DNA of 64,000 bases from the NCBI GenBank assembly GCA_050298595.1, contig JBNKUM010000118.1, positions 41,146 through 105,145 on the forward strand, given 5' to 3'. A model generated the notes under the pieces. The model was given only the letters and a program-made list of their open reading frames with translations, did not search any database and had not been told where the DNA came from. The translations under genes and the position numbers were made by a program. Within the stretch, counting starts at the first letter, position 1. Each line of letters begins with the position of its first letter. Positions 1 through 10,874 of the stretch are shown here, piece after piece. This DNA is from Gammaproteobacteria bacterium. Its GTDB lineage: Bacteria > Pseudomonadota > Gammaproteobacteria > GCA-001735895.

Positions 1-681
1 ACCTTCAATCACCAGCGTTTCCAGACAAAGCTCACCTCCAGGCTTGAGCAGTGACTTTAATTGCAGTAAATGATCAATTGGCGACTTTCTGTGATACAAA
101 ACCCCCATTGAAAAAACCGTATCAAACCATTGCATGTTTACAGGCATATGCTGTATGCCGACCGGCAGCATATGAATACGCCCATCCTGGATATAATGTT
201 GTAACGCGCGAAACTGCAAATTGAACAGCAAGGAGGGGTCTATACCCAGTACCAGATCGGGCTCATGAGCCAGCATACGCCAGCAGTGATAACCATTTCC
301 ACAACCCACATCCAGTATACGTCGCTGTTTGAGTGGAGACAGATGTCGATAAATTCGATCCCATTTAAAATCGCTATGCCATTCAGTATCTATATACACA
401 TCTGCCAGCTGGAACGGCCCCTTTCGCCAGGGCTTTAAGCCCTGCAAGGCCTGCAATAGCAACTCACCCTGCTCACAGCCTCCACTAACCGTCACAGCTG
501 AGCGATTTAACTGGATTTGAGCTTCATCAATGGGAGGAAGGGAATTTAAAGCCTGATTCCAGCGTTCGAAATCTCCATGATGCGCGGCACTGAACCAGTG
601 CGGATCCGAAGTTCGCAATGTTTCAACCCAGCCCTGAAAACCAGATTGCTCAAGTTGTTGATAGAGTACTTCACGAAACAT
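1..681 (-). CDS. cmoB: tRNA U34 carboxymethyltransferase CmoB (3' end runs off the window)
   Basis: Translated by hand from the ATG overlapping the cmoA stop (TAATG): MFREVLYQQL...LKPWRKGPF...IDTEWHSDFKWDR...ILDVGCGNGYHCWRM...FSMGVLYHRKSP...GGELCLETLVIEG; sits directly after cmoA. Confidence 0.92.
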   Translation of the reverse strand, partial: MFREVLYQQLEQSGFQGWVETLRTSDPHWFSAAHHGDFERWNQALNSLPPIDEAQIQLNRSAVTVSGGCEQGELLLQALQGLKPWRKGPFQLADVYIDTEWHSDFKWDRIYRHLSPLKQRRILDVGCGNGYHCWRMLAHEPDLVLGIDPSLLFNLQFRALQHYIQDGRIHMLPVGIQHMPVNMQWFDTVFSMGVLYHRKSPIDHLLQLKSLLKPGGELCLETLVIEG

Positions 682-1406
682 TATTTAATTGCCAGAAAAG
701 AAACAAAATTAAAACAGTGAAAACTTTCAATCACTTCACTAAAGCCACATTCCTTAAGCCTTGTCAGGTGAAGTGATTTCTTATCCGGAATTAGCACTTT
801 CTCCAGAGCTGTACGTTTCTGAGCGATTTCAAGATCGCTATAGCCCTGTAATTTTTTAAACGCCTGATACAGCTCTGTCATATTGACCTGAGTCTCAGCA
901 TCATCGTACTCAACCTTTTCACTCAGCACCAGCGCACCACCAGGACACATCCCTTGGTGGATTTTTGTTAATAGCGCTAAACGTTGTTCGGGGTTGATAA
1001 ACTGCAAGGTCAGGTTCAACACAACCAGAGAAGCATTTTCAATAGCAAGCGATTCAAGATCATCACAAATCCAGTCAATGTCCTGGTCAGAATTTTTTTC
1101 TCGACATTTACTGATCATAGAGGGTGAGTTATCCACTGCTAAAATTGAACAGTTTCTTTCCTCAACCTGTTGGGCAATCACTCGAGACACAACACCTGTC
1201 GAACACCCCAGATCATAGACATTGCTATTTTCGGTAACAAAAATATCTGCATACAGAGCGATCAGACGCACCAGTAATTCATACCCTGGCACCGAACGAC
1301 CAATCATGTCATCAAAAACCCTGGTCACCTGCTCATCAAACTCAAATGCCTTGACTGAGGTTAGAGGCCTGGAAAAAACTTTGTCTTTTGCTGTGATATC
1401 GGTCAT
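681..1406 (-). CDS. cmoA: carboxy-S-adenosyl-L-methionine synthase CmoA
   Basis: FEFDEQVTRVFDDMIGRSVPGY, YDLGCSTG, LTLQF, GYSDLEIAQKRTALE; start placed at MTDITAK. Confidence 0.92.
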   Translation of the reverse strand: MTDITAKDKVFSRPLTSVKAFEFDEQVTRVFDDMIGRSVPGYELLVRLIALYADIFVTENSNVYDLGCSTGVVSRVIAQQVEERNCSILAVDNSPSMISKCREKNSDQDIDWICDDLESLAIENASLVVLNLTLQFINPEQRLALLTKIHQGMCPGGALVLSEKVEYDDAETQVNMTELYQAFKKLQGYSDLEIAQKRTALEKVLIPDKKSLHLTRLKECGFSEVIESFHCFNFVSFLAIK

Positions 1407-1462
1407 GTTTCGTGGGTGGCTAGATGCTACAATCAAATTTTTGCTAATTATCGCACATCATT

Positions 1463-2293
1463 ATGTTAAAGAAATGTCTTTACCCAGTAGCCGGTTATGG
1501 AACCCGTTTTCTTCCCGCAACCAAATCCATGGCAAAGGAAATGTTGCCCATTGTCGATAAACCTCTGATTCAGTATGCCGTAGAAGAAGCCATGAGCGCT
1601 GGTCTTGTGCAACAGGCATTTGTCACCGGCCGAACCAAACGATCAATAGAGGATCATTTCGATATCAGCTATGAACTGGAGAACGAAATAAGGGGCAGCG
1701 CTAAAGAAGATCAACTGAAAGAGATTAGAGATATACGTGACAATTGCGTATTTACCTACACGCGCCAGAAAGCGATGAATGGATTAGGCAAGGCCATTCT
1801 GACTGGAGAACCGATGATAGGCGATGAAGCATTCGGCGTGATCCTGGCTGACGACTTATGTATTACCGAAGGAGATTCGGTGATGCAACAGATGGCCGGC
1901 CTGTATAAACAATTTCGCTGTAGTATCGTAGCCATTGAAGAAGTCCCGGCAGAAGAAACCTATAAATATGGTGTGATTGCCGGCGAACAGTTTCAGGATA
2001 ATATTTTCAAGGTCACCGACATGGTTGAAAAACCAGCCCCGGAAGATGCCCCTAGCAATATGGCAATCATTGGTCGCTATATACTCACTCCGGACATTTT
2101 TGATTATATCCGGGAAACCAAGCCGGGTTCGAATGGTGAGGTTCAAATCACTGATGCATTGCTTGCGCAGGCTAAAAGCGGTTGTGTACTGGCGTATCGA
2201 TTCAAGGGCAAGCGTTTTGATTGCGGCAGTCTACATGGATACGTTGAAGCCACCAATTATTGCTACAACAAATTCCACGACCCTTCAGAGTAG
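1463..2293 (+). CDS. galU: UTP-glucose-1-phosphate uridylyltransferase
   Basis: PVAGYGTRFLPATKSMAKEMLPIVDKP, MVEKP, GEVQITDAL, RFDCGS. Confidence 0.95.
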   Translation: MLKKCLYPVAGYGTRFLPATKSMAKEMLPIVDKPLIQYAVEEAMSAGLVQQAFVTGRTKRSIEDHFDISYELENEIRGSAKEDQLKEIRDIRDNCVFTYTRQKAMNGLGKAILTGEPMIGDEAFGVILADDLCITEGDSVMQQMAGLYKQFRCSIVAIEEVPAEETYKYGVIAGEQFQDNIFKVTDMVEKPAPEDAPSNMAIIGRYILTPDIFDYIRETKPGSNGEVQITDALLAQAKSGCVLAYRFKGKRFDCGSLHGYVEATNYCYNKFHDPSE

Positions 2294-3523
2294 TAGCAGG
2301 TCAGTTAATTTACCGTCTACATATATTTGTGGCGTAGTAGTACGTAACCAGGGCGGGACACGATACTTTTGAAAAAGACGTTTCAGGCGATGACTGCTTG
2401 AAGCGTCCGTCGAAGCGTGCTCAGTTCGAAAATGCAAAGCCAGTGTCTGCCCCTCCTCGGTCATCTTGAGTTTAGCTAGCAGCTGCTGCCGACTGATTAA
2501 GATATTCAGCGCTTTAATCTCTAAAGATGTATCTTCTGGCACATCGTAAGCCGGCAATAAATCTGGCTCCAGATAATCATCCACCATAAACAGCAAACCA
2601 TCATAACAGCGCAGACTATAACCCTGGGCCTTAATCAGCGGCATTGCATCTGAGGCTGCCGAAACCTGTTTAAGAACCTGTTGTAGCTTTTTGAATCCAG
2701 GTTGCTGTTGATGTCTGGTATTTATCCAGAAACGTATAAGGTTCTTCTGGCGTTCAGCGGAAAGACGGGTTAAGGCGAATATATCCAGACAGGGGGAGGT
2801 TGAAAATAAATGATCCCGTGTACAGGTCTGTAAATCAATCTGTGCCAAATCCTCTAGCAGTTGATGCTGTTCCCTTTGCCATTCGCTAACCCGGTGTAAT
2901 AGTGGAATCACAGCAGGCCAGCGCTGTTTAATTCGCGGCAGAATCTGGTGGCGCAGATAATTCCGGTCATATTTAAATGAGTCGTTACTTGGATCTTCTA
3001 CCCACTGCAAATTATGTTGAGCTGCATATTGTTCAATCGCTTCGCGCTGAAAATTGAGTAGCGGTCGAAACAGCCAGCCCTGCCCTAAACGGGTTAAATC
3101 AGCGATGGCTCTCAAACCCGCCGAGCCAGATCCACGCATCAGATTCAACATCAGCGTTTCCGCCTGATCATTCATATGATGAGCTGTTAGCAGTGCATCT
3201 TGCGCAGTTAGCGCCTGAGAGAATAAATCATAGCGAGCCTGACGGGCTACCGCTTCGAGATTAGCGCTATCAGGATTGAGATTCAGATGATCAACCCGAA
3301 TCTCCAGATTGTATTTTTCTGCCAGATCATAGGCCATCTGCTGCATCTGTAGCGCATTAGCTTGTAGACCGTGATTAATATGCCAAAGTACCAGCGAGTA
3401 ACTATGCTGCTGCTGGAGCAGCCTGTGCAGCAACACACAGGAATCGATTCCTGCACTGAAAGCCAAATACAGTCGATTTACGCTTTCAGGTAATTTTTCC
3501 AGCGAGAGATGCAGGGAAGACAT
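2285..3523 (-). CDS. tilS: tRNA(Ile)-lysidine synthetase
   Basis: PP-loop variant AFSAGIDS, HINHGLQ, EAVARQARY, TAHHMNDQAET, EDPSN, RNYLRH; follows accA. Confidence 0.93.
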   Translation of the reverse strand: MSSLHLSLEKLPESVNRLYLAFSAGIDSCVLLHRLLQQQHSYSLVLWHINHGLQANALQMQQMAYDLAEKYNLEIRVDHLNLNPDSANLEAVARQARYDLFSQALTAQDALLTAHHMNDQAETLMLNLMRGSGSAGLRAIADLTRLGQGWLFRPLLNFQREAIEQYAAQHNLQWVEDPSNDSFKYDRNYLRHQILPRIKQRWPAVIPLLHRVSEWQREQHQLLEDLAQIDLQTCTRDHLFSTSPCLDIFALTRLSAERQKNLIRFWINTRHQQQPGFKKLQQVLKQVSAASDAMPLIKAQGYSLRCYDGLLFMVDDYLEPDLLPAYDVPEDTSLEIKALNILISRQQLLAKLKMTEEGQTLALHFRTEHASTDASSSHRLKRLFQKYRVPPWLRTTTPQIYVDGKLTDLLLL

Positions 3524-3527
3524 TGCA

Positions 3528-4487
3528 TCAAGTTTCTATAAAGGCACCAAATCCCATTAATCGGTTATAGCGTTGATCCAGTAGCTTATCGATACCGATT
3601 GCATCCAGTATCTCAATATTTTCAGATAGATTTTCACGCAAGCTATGAGCCATCTGATCATAATCCCTGTGAGCTCCACCCAAAGGCTCTCCGATAACCT
3701 GATCGATGAGTTTGAGCTCCAGTAATCGATTTGCAGTAATGCCCATGGCATCTGCAGCCTGAGCGGCCTTATCTGAACTTTTCCATAGAATAGAGGCACA
3801 GCCTTCCGGTGAAATGACAGAATAGGTTGCATACTGAAGCATATTAACCCGGTCACCCACGGCTATAGCCAGAGCACCGCCTGAACCTCCTTCTCCGATG
3901 ACAGTACAGATAATAGGCGTTTTAAGATCAGCCATCACATATAGATTTCGTGCAATCGCTTCACTCTGCCCACGCTCTTCTGCACCGATACCAGGATAGG
4001 CCCCCGGGGTGTCTACCAGTGTGATCAATGGCATTTTAAATTTCTCAGCCATCTTCATTAATCGCATAGCCTTTCTGTAACCTTCTGGTCGAGGCATACC
4101 AAAATTACGTTTTATTTTTTCTCGGGTATCACGACCTTTTTGCTGGCCTAATACCATCACAGGCTTTCCATTCAAGCGTCCGATTCCGCCTACCATTGGG
4201 CTATCATCAGCATATACTCGATCTCCATGTAGATACTCAAAATCCACAAACATCCGCTCGATGTAATCTACCGCATAAGGACGATTCGGATGACGAGCAA
4301 TTTGTGAAATCTGCCAGGAGCTTAATTTGGAAAAAATTGAGTTGGTCAGACTTTCTGCCTTTTTTTCCAGAGTGCCAATTTCTTCTGTGATATTGATATC
4401 AGAGTCATCGGTTACATAACGTAGTTCTTCGATCTTGGCCTGAAGTTCAGCAATTGGTTGTTCAAAGTCTAGAAAATTTGGATCCAT
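3528..4487 (-). CDS. accA: acetyl-CoA carboxylase carboxyltransferase alpha subunit
   Basis: [56 protein letters not shown]. Confidence 0.97.
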   Translation of the reverse strand: MDPNFLDFEQPIAELQAKIEELRYVTDDSDINITEEIGTLEKKAESLTNSIFSKLSSWQISQIARHPNRPYAVDYIERMFVDFEYLHGDRVYADDSPMVGGIGRLNGKPVMVLGQQKGRDTREKIKRNFGMPRPEGYRKAMRLMKMAEKFKMPLITLVDTPGAYPGIGAEERGQSEAIARNLYVMADLKTPIICTVIGEGGSGGALAIAVGDRVNMLQYATYSVISPEGCASILWKSSDKAAQAADAMGITANRLLELKLIDQVIGEPLGGAHRDYDQMAHSLRENLSENIEILDAIGIDKLLDQRYNRLMGFGAFIET

Positions 4488-4677
4488 AGCGCTATAAGCC
4501 TGCCTTTATATTCGGTGTATTTATAGAAAACATTATTGTGTTATTGTTTGCGCATAATGAGTGATCACTGATCTTATACAAGGAATAAATTAAAATGATT
4601 CACTACGGGTTAGAAACAGGAATTGTATCGATTTAAGCTTAAACTGTCAGTAATAACCGATAATTTAACGCCAACAA

Positions 4678-5382
4678 TTATTCACATAAAGACTGGTTGA
4701 TACGTTCTAGCTGTGCCACCGGGTCGATATGTGCGGTAATGGGTCGACCAATCACCAGATAGCTGGAACCTGCGGCAATGGCCTGCTGAGGTGTCATGAT
4801 ACGCTGCTGATCATTACTATCTGAGCCTTCAGGCCGAATACCTGGTGTCACCAGTAAAGGCTTAGTGCCAAATTGATTTCGAATAGCTTCAGACTCTAGT
4901 GCAGAACAGACCATACCATCCAGCCCACATTCCAGGCTTAAAGCGGTCAAATCCATAACAGCCTGACCAGGTGTTTTTTGAATGCCTATTTGGTCCAGAC
5001 CCTGCTGATCGGTACTGGTTAGAATAGAAACCGCAATCAAATACGGAGCCTGACCATCAAAATCATCGACTGCCTGTTTGGCCGCCAACATCATATTTCG
5101 ACCACCAAGCGCATGAACATTAACCATCCATATACCTAGTCTGGCTGCAGCAGTGATCGCCTTATTAACCGTATTGGGAATATCATGAAATTTCAAATCA
5201 AGAAACACATCATAACCTCGAGAGACTATGGCTTTGACAAGCTCGGGCCCTGCAGCTGTAAAAAGTTCCTTTCCAATTTTAACCCTGCACAGGGATGGGG
5301 AGATTTGATCAATAAATTGTAGAGCATTTTTCGCATCGGCATAATCCAGCGCGACAATAATCTTTGAATCTGTTTTTTGCAT
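4678..5382 (-). CDS. pyrF: orotidine-5'-phosphate decarboxylase
   Basis: IIVALD, FLDLKFHDIPNTV, VTPGIRP, LVIGRPIT; start placed at MQKTDSK to avoid overlap with lapB. Confidence 0.95.
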   Translation of the reverse strand: MQKTDSKIIVALDYADAKNALQFIDQISPSLCRVKIGKELFTAAGPELVKAIVSRGYDVFLDLKFHDIPNTVNKAITAAARLGIWMVNVHALGGRNMMLAAKQAVDDFDGQAPYLIAVSILTSTDQQGLDQIGIQKTPGQAVMDLTALSLECGLDGMVCSALESEAIRNQFGTKPLLVTPGIRPEGSDSNDQQRIMTPQQAIAAGSSYLVIGRPITAHIDPVAQLERINQSLCE

Positions 5383-5396
5383 ATAAGTACTCAGAA

Positions 5397-6554
5397 TTAG
5401 TGAACCGGCTTCAGGCTTGACCAGGATTTGCAGCTGGGACAATTCCAGAACATGCTTTGACTGCCATAGCCACAGATATTACAGGTGTATGCTACACGTT
5501 TATTTTTGATTTCCTTAAACTGACTAGTCAGATCGGGCCAGGTATCATCCAGATGTTGAGGGTAAGCCTTAAAATAGCGCATCGCAAATTCAAAAACGTC
5601 TAGTGCAGCTGACTGCTTGAGCGCCTGTTTGATAAATTCCAGCAACTGTTTGTGCTGATCTCCAGCCAGATAACTTTCAAGCAGTTCTACCGCCAGAGGG
5701 CTAACCGGCATTTTTTCATACTGCCTGTAAAGAAACTCCTGAAATCGCTGAGTAGAACCACGATTAAGTAATATTTCACGAGCAGCAGGAATCAATAGCT
5801 CGATCTGGTGAGAATTTGGTTCAAGTATCTGATCGAACAACCTGGTTGCTTTGCTTATCTCATTATTTTTCAAATGGACGTCGATCAATAACAGGGAGGC
5901 TCGCGTGCATTTACTATCGGTTTGCAGTGCCATATCAAGCTGCTCTCGTGCCTGTCTCAAATTACCTCTTGCCAGTGATTGCTGAGCCAGTTCGCAATAA
6001 CAATGACTCAAAATCAGACGCGCATCGGGTTCATTCATATCAAGTAAGATTTTTGCTTCGTCTCTGGCTTCAAGCCATGACTTTTCCATACTATACAGTT
6101 GCAACAACTGGCGGTGAGCATGGGCATGTTGTGGATTTATTTGAACCAGTTCTTTATACAGATTTTCTGCACGATCCAGCAGACCTGCTTTTTGATAATC
6201 CTCAGCCAGCTCAGACAATGCCATAACTCTTTGGCCCTGTTCAAGATTGGGTCTGGCTATCAGGTTTTGATGAATTTTAATGGCTCGATCTACTTCGCCT
6301 TTACTGCGGAAGAGATTACCTAAAGCGAGATGGGTTTCTATGGTGTCTTTATCAACCTTGACCAGCTCTACAAATAACTCGATAGCTTTATCTGAGTTAT
6401 TGGCCAACAGGTAATTCAAGCCCTGTATATAATATTCGGAACAGTTAGCAAAATCGCTCTGTGTTGATTTTGATGGCTTAGGCTTAGAAAAACGACCAAC
6501 TAGCCATCCGCTAAATAAAGCCAGAAAAATAATGACTGGTAACCAGATATCCAT
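5397..6554 (-). CDS. lapB: lipopolysaccharide assembly protein LapB (TPR repeats plus rubredoxin-like domain)
   Basis: N-terminal TM, YIQGLNYLL, ALGNLFRSKGEVDRAIKIHQNL, C-terminal CNICG...WNCPSCKSW. Confidence 0.93.
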   Translation of the reverse strand: MDIWLPVIIFLALFSGWLVGRFSKPKPSKSTQSDFANCSEYYIQGLNYLLANNSDKAIELFVELVKVDKDTIETHLALGNLFRSKGEVDRAIKIHQNLIARPNLEQGQRVMALSELAEDYQKAGLLDRAENLYKELVQINPQHAHAHRQLLQLYSMEKSWLEARDEAKILLDMNEPDARLILSHCYCELAQQSLARGNLRQAREQLDMALQTDSKCTRASLLLIDVHLKNNEISKATRLFDQILEPNSHQIELLIPAAREILLNRGSTQRFQEFLYRQYEKMPVSPLAVELLESYLAGDQHKQLLEFIKQALKQSAALDVFEFAMRYFKAYPQHLDDTWPDLTSQFKEIKNKRVAYTCNICGYGSQSMFWNCPSCKSWSSLKPVH

Positions 6555-6614
6555 ACGAGGGATGGTAGTCTACCTGGATTAAAGCATCAATGATTTGAAT
6601 CGGGAGTAAAGCTT

Positions 6615-6926
6615 TTACTTCTGATTATTTGCGCGATCACGCAACTCCTTACCCGGCTTGAAATGCGGTACATATTTACCCGGCAATTCAACCTTATCAC
6701 CTGATTTTGGGTTCCGGCCCACACGAGGAGGACGAAAATGCAGGCTAAAGCTTCCAAAGCCACGTATCTCTATTCTTTCACCCATAGATAACGCGTTGCT
6801 CATCATCTCGATTAAGCTTTTCACTGCCAACTCGACATCTTTATACGCAAGATGACTTTGACTACGAGAAAGGTTATCGATCAAATCAGATTTTGTTAAT
6901 GAAGGTATATATTCTTGTTCTTTCAT
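6615..6926 (-). CDS. ihfB: integration host factor beta subunit
   Basis: [47 protein letters not shown]; follows rpsA. Confidence 0.95.
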   Translation of the reverse strand: MKEQEYIPSLTKSDLIDNLSRSQSHLAYKDVELAVKSLIEMMSNALSMGERIEIRGFGSFSLHFRPPRVGRNPKSGDKVELPGKYVPHFKPGKELRDRANNQK

Positions 6927-6944
6927 AACAACGCCCCTTATTGA

Positions 6945-6973
6945 ATAAAAGGGCGGGTAATTAACCCGCCCTT
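6945..6973 (-). terminator. intrinsic terminator-like hairpin after rpsA
   Basis: Minus strand AAGGGCGGGT-TAATT-ACCCGCCCTT followed by TTAT. Confidence 0.7.
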
Positions 6974-6978
6974 CAATT

Positions 6979-8658
6979 TTACTCGTCTGAACCTAGCTTC
7001 TCTTTCAGCAGGTCACCCAGACTGGTAGTTGCTGCACTGCTATCACTGCTGGCAGCATAATCCTGTAAAGCTTCCTGTTCTTCATCAGCATCTTTGGCTT
7101 TGATTGACAGAAAAACACTACGGTTTTTACGATCCATACCGGTTAGTTTGGCTTCAACTTCATCACCTTCGCTAATGAAAGCTCTGGCATCTTCAACGCG
7201 ATCTTTGGCCATTTCGGATGCACGCAGAATACCTTCCAGTCCATCACCCAGATCAATGATAGCTGCTTTAGCATCTACCGATATGACCTTGCCTGTCACG
7301 ATGCTACCCTTGGGGTAAGTACCGATGAAGTTAGCAAATGGGTCTTTATCCAGTTGTTTGATACCCAACGAGATACGCTCACGCTCAGGATCAATAGACA
7401 GAACCATGGCTTCAACTTCCTGGCCTTTCTGGTAATCGCGAACCGCTTCATCACCAGTTTTATGCCAGGATAGATCTGTCAGATGAATCAGACCATCAAT
7501 ATTGCCATCCAGGCCAATGAAGATACCAAAATCTGTAATTGACTTGATTTTACCACTGATCAGATCGCCCTTGTTATGAGTTGCTGAGAACTCATCCCAT
7601 GGATTAGCCTGACACTGCTTCATGCCCAGAGAAATACGACGACGTTCTTCATCGATCTCAAGGATCATAACTTCAGTCTCATCACCCAGGTTTACAACCT
7701 TGTTTGGATTGACGTTCTTGTTAGTCCAATCCATTTCTGAAACGTGAACCAGGCCTTCAACACCATCTTCAATTTCAACAAAACAGCCGTAATCGGTGAT
7801 ATTGCTGACCTTACCGAACAGACGTGAACCTTCTGGATAGCGACGCATGATGTTAACCCACGGATCATCACCCATCTGTTTCAGGCCAAGAGATACACGA
7901 TTCTTATCACGGTCGAACTTCAGCACCACAACTTCGATTTCCTGTCCGATCTCAACAACCTCTGAAGGATGCTTAACACGCTTCCAGGCCATATCGGTGA
8001 TATGCAGCAGACCATCGATACCACCCAGGTCCAGGAACGCACCGTAATCGGTCAGGTTCTTGACAATAGCGGTAACCTTTTCGCCTTCTTTCAGTGATTC
8101 CAGCATTTTTTCGCGTTCTTCACTGAATTCCTGCTCAACCACTGCGCGACGAGATACCACAACATTGTTGCGCTTCTGGTCTAACTTGATGATTTTGAAT
8201 TCTAAATCTTTTTCTTCGAGATATGCAGTATCTCTAACGGGTCTTACATCTACCAGTGAACCTGGCAGGAATGCACGAATTTCACCGATATCAACAGTAA
8301 ATCCGCCTTTGACCTTTCCGGTAAAGCGACCGGTAACGATTTCGTCGGCTTCAAGCGCCTGCTCAAGACGTTTCCAGGCACGAGCACGTTTTGCTTTTTC
8401 GCGAGACAGTCTGGTTTCACCATAACCATCTTCAAATGAATCTAGTGCAACTTCAACCTGATCACCGATCTCGACGCTGAGTTCACCTTTTTCATTGTAA
8501 AACTGTTCTACTGGTATAACACCTTCAGATTTGAGTCCGGCATTTACGATAACAACATCGCGGTTGATACCAACAACCTCACCGGTAATTATTTCACCTA
8601 CGTTCATATTTGTCTGAGCAATACTTGCCTCAAACATTTCTGCGAAACTTTCTGACAT
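6979..8658 (-). CDS. rpsA: 30S ribosomal protein S1
   Basis: [10 protein letters not shown], repeated S1 domains ([43 protein letters not shown]). Confidence 0.98.
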   Translation of the reverse strand: MSESFAEMFEASIAQTNMNVGEIITGEVVGINRDVVIVNAGLKSEGVIPVEQFYNEKGELSVEIGDQVEVALDSFEDGYGETRLSREKAKRARAWKRLEQALEADEIVTGRFTGKVKGGFTVDIGEIRAFLPGSLVDVRPVRDTAYLEEKDLEFKIIKLDQKRNNVVVSRRAVVEQEFSEEREKMLESLKEGEKVTAIVKNLTDYGAFLDLGGIDGLLHITDMAWKRVKHPSEVVEIGQEIEVVVLKFDRDKNRVSLGLKQMGDDPWVNIMRRYPEGSRLFGKVSNITDYGCFVEIEDGVEGLVHVSEMDWTNKNVNPNKVVNLGDETEVMILEIDEERRRISLGMKQCQANPWDEFSATHNKGDLISGKIKSITDFGIFIGLDGNIDGLIHLTDLSWHKTGDEAVRDYQKGQEVEAMVLSIDPERERISLGIKQLDKDPFANFIGTYPKGSIVTGKVISVDAKAAIIDLGDGLEGILRASEMAKDRVEDARAFISEGDEVEAKLTGMDRKNRSVFLSIKAKDADEEQEALQDYAASSDSSAATTSLGDLLKEKLGSDE

Positions 8659-8778
8659 GGAATTTCCTAAAGAATAAAATAAGTAATCAGGCTAAGGAGA
8701 GCCCAGATTACAGTCTAGTTAAACAACATGGTGGCAGAGTGCCTGACACCACACCTAAAATTACTGACGCATAAGTGA

Positions 8779-9465
8779 CTACACTTCAGTATTTGAATCG
8801 TTGATCGTTCGTATATGTTCCATCACCAGTTCAAATACCTGCTCCAGGTCCATCATACTTGAATCAACAACTACTGCATCGGTAGCTGGAATCAACGGAG
8901 AAACAGGGCGATTCTGGTCGCGCTCGTCTCTGATTTCAATTTCTTTTTGCAGGTCGGCGATGTTAGCGGATAATCCCATATCAATCAACTGCTTATAACG
9001 CCTTTTTGCCCTTTGCTCGGCACTTGCGTGCAAATAAAGCTTAATTTTGGCATCTGGGAACACCACGGTACCCATATCACGACCATCAGCCACCAGCCCC
9101 GGAGGCTGAAAAAAATCTCGCTGTAACTGCAACAATTGTTCGCGAATGCTGGGATATGCAGCAATAACGGAGGCAGATGCGGCCGTTTTTTCTTCACGAA
9201 TCTGGCTGGATACATCGACTCCATCCAGATAAGGGATAGTCAATTCGTCACCGGTTTTAAAACTGATCTGCATTGAGCTTATAGCGCCCAGTACTGCAGA
9301 TTCATCTGTCAGATCGACGCCTTTTTTTAATGCCTGTAATGCCGCCAGACGATAAATAGCCCCACTGTCCAGAATTTGAAACCCAAGTTCGCGTGCAACA
9401 CGTAAAGCTAAACTCCCCTTACCTGAGCCACTGGGGCCATCGATTGTGATGACATATGCGGTCAT
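8779..9465 (-). CDS. cmk: cytidylate kinase
   Basis: ITIDGPSGSGKG, LDSGAIYR, VADGRDMGTVVFPDA. Confidence 0.96.
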   Translation of the reverse strand: MTAYVITIDGPSGSGKGSLALRVARELGFQILDSGAIYRLAALQALKKGVDLTDESAVLGAISSMQISFKTGDELTIPYLDGVDVSSQIREEKTAASASVIAAYPSIREQLLQLQRDFFQPPGLVADGRDMGTVVFPDAKIKLYLHASAEQRAKRRYKQLIDMGLSANIADLQKEIEIRDERDQNRPVSPLIPATDAVVVDSSMMDLEQVFELVMEHIRTINDSNTEV

Positions 9466-10772
9466 GGCTTCTCCTCTACCCTGATATCGAAACCAGCATG
9501 TTTAGCCAGGTCACTAAAGCCTGGAAACGAGGTATTGACATTATCACAGTCATTAATCGTGATGGTTCCCTTAGCTCGCAGTGATGCAACGGCAAAAGCC
9601 ATCGCAATACGATGGTCGCCATGTGATTCAACAGTACCTGATCCAATTTGACCACCCTGAATCACAATACCATCGGGCGTAGCCTCAGCAGAAATTCCCA
9701 GAGTGTTCAGGCCATCTGCCATTACCTGAATACGGTCACTCTCTTTTACTCTTAATTCTTCTGCACCTGTAAGAATGGTAGTGCCTGTGGCGCAGCTCGC
9801 TGCAACGAACAGTACCGGAAATTCATCTATAGCTAAAGGGACCAGGTGTTCAGGGATTTGAATGCCTTTTAACTGGGCACTGTGCACAACAATATCAGCC
9901 ACTGGTTCTCCACCCACTTCACGCTCATTGATTAAAGTAATATCAGCCCCCATCAATTGAAGGATATCTATGACACCTGTACGGGTTGGGTTGACACCCA
10001 CATGAGTGAGCGTGAGTTCGCTATCAGGGGTAATACTAGCAGCAACCATAAAAAAAGCTGAGGATGATATATCAGCAGGAACTTCTATGTTGCAGGCTGT
10101 TAATTGCTGTCCGCCCTTCAGACTGATGTGATTGTCTTCAGTAATCACTTCACAACCAAACCCACGTAGCATTCTTTCGCTATGGTCGCGTGTCGGGGCA
10201 GGCTCAATCACCTCCGTCACACCGTCAGCATATAGTCCTGCCAGCAGCACACAGGATTTAATCTGAGCAGAGGCAACCGGTAAGGGATAACGAATTGATC
10301 GTAATGGATTATTCCGGGCATGAATTGTTAAGGGTGCTGTGCCCCCAGCCTGGCTATCGACCCTGGCACCCATCAATTCAACCGGGTCTATTACCCGTTT
10401 CATTGGTCGTGATGATAGAGAAGCATCACCAATTAATACCGAATCAAATGCCTGGCCGCTTAACAAACCCACCAGTAAACGCATAGCTGTGCCTGAATTA
10501 CCCATATCAAGTGCGGCAGCAGGTTTACACAGGCCATTCAAACCAACACCCTGAACGATAATTTCAGATTTAGTTTGCTGAATATCTACCCCCATAGCCT
10601 GAAAAGCTTTCAATGTATTCAGGCTATCTTCACCATGTAAAAAACCGGTGATTTCGGTAGTACCATTGGCAATTGAAGCCAACATGATAGAACGGTGTGA
10701 CATCGATTTGTCACCTGGCACCCGGACATAGCCGTAAACAGGACCAGCAGGATTGCAGATATAAGTTGTCAT
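9462..10772 (-). CDS. aroA: 3-phosphoshikimate 1-carboxyvinyltransferase (EPSP synthase)
   Basis: VPGDKSMSHR, GNSGTAMRL, ASAQIKS, RDHSERML, ELRVKESDRI, GDHRIAM. Confidence 0.97.
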   Translation of the reverse strand: MTTYICNPAGPVYGYVRVPGDKSMSHRSIMLASIANGTTEITGFLHGEDSLNTLKAFQAMGVDIQQTKSEIIVQGVGLNGLCKPAAALDMGNSGTAMRLLVGLLSGQAFDSVLIGDASLSSRPMKRVIDPVELMGARVDSQAGGTAPLTIHARNNPLRSIRYPLPVASAQIKSCVLLAGLYADGVTEVIEPAPTRDHSERMLRGFGCEVITEDNHISLKGGQQLTACNIEVPADISSSAFFMVAASITPDSELTLTHVGVNPTRTGVIDILQLMGADITLINEREVGGEPVADIVVHSAQLKGIQIPEHLVPLAIDEFPVLFVAASCATGTTILTGAEELRVKESDRIQVMADGLNTLGISAEATPDGIVIQGGQIGSGTVESHGDHRIAMAFAVASLRAKGTITINDCDNVNTSFPGFSDLAKHAGFDIRVEEKP

Positions 10773-10874
10773 TACTTAAGTAAGTTAGGGTAAATTGAGA
10801 AAGCGAATTGTACCTTATGTTATAGAAGGAAATTACAAAAGGTTAATTAATAACTATCAGAGCTGCCATACATA

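Noticed and set aside
5383-5442. N-terminal ORF extensions of pyrF (also cmoA, lpxB, hscB, DUF192)
   Set aside because: They overlap neighbouring genes or precede the conserved start, so downstream ATGs were chosen.
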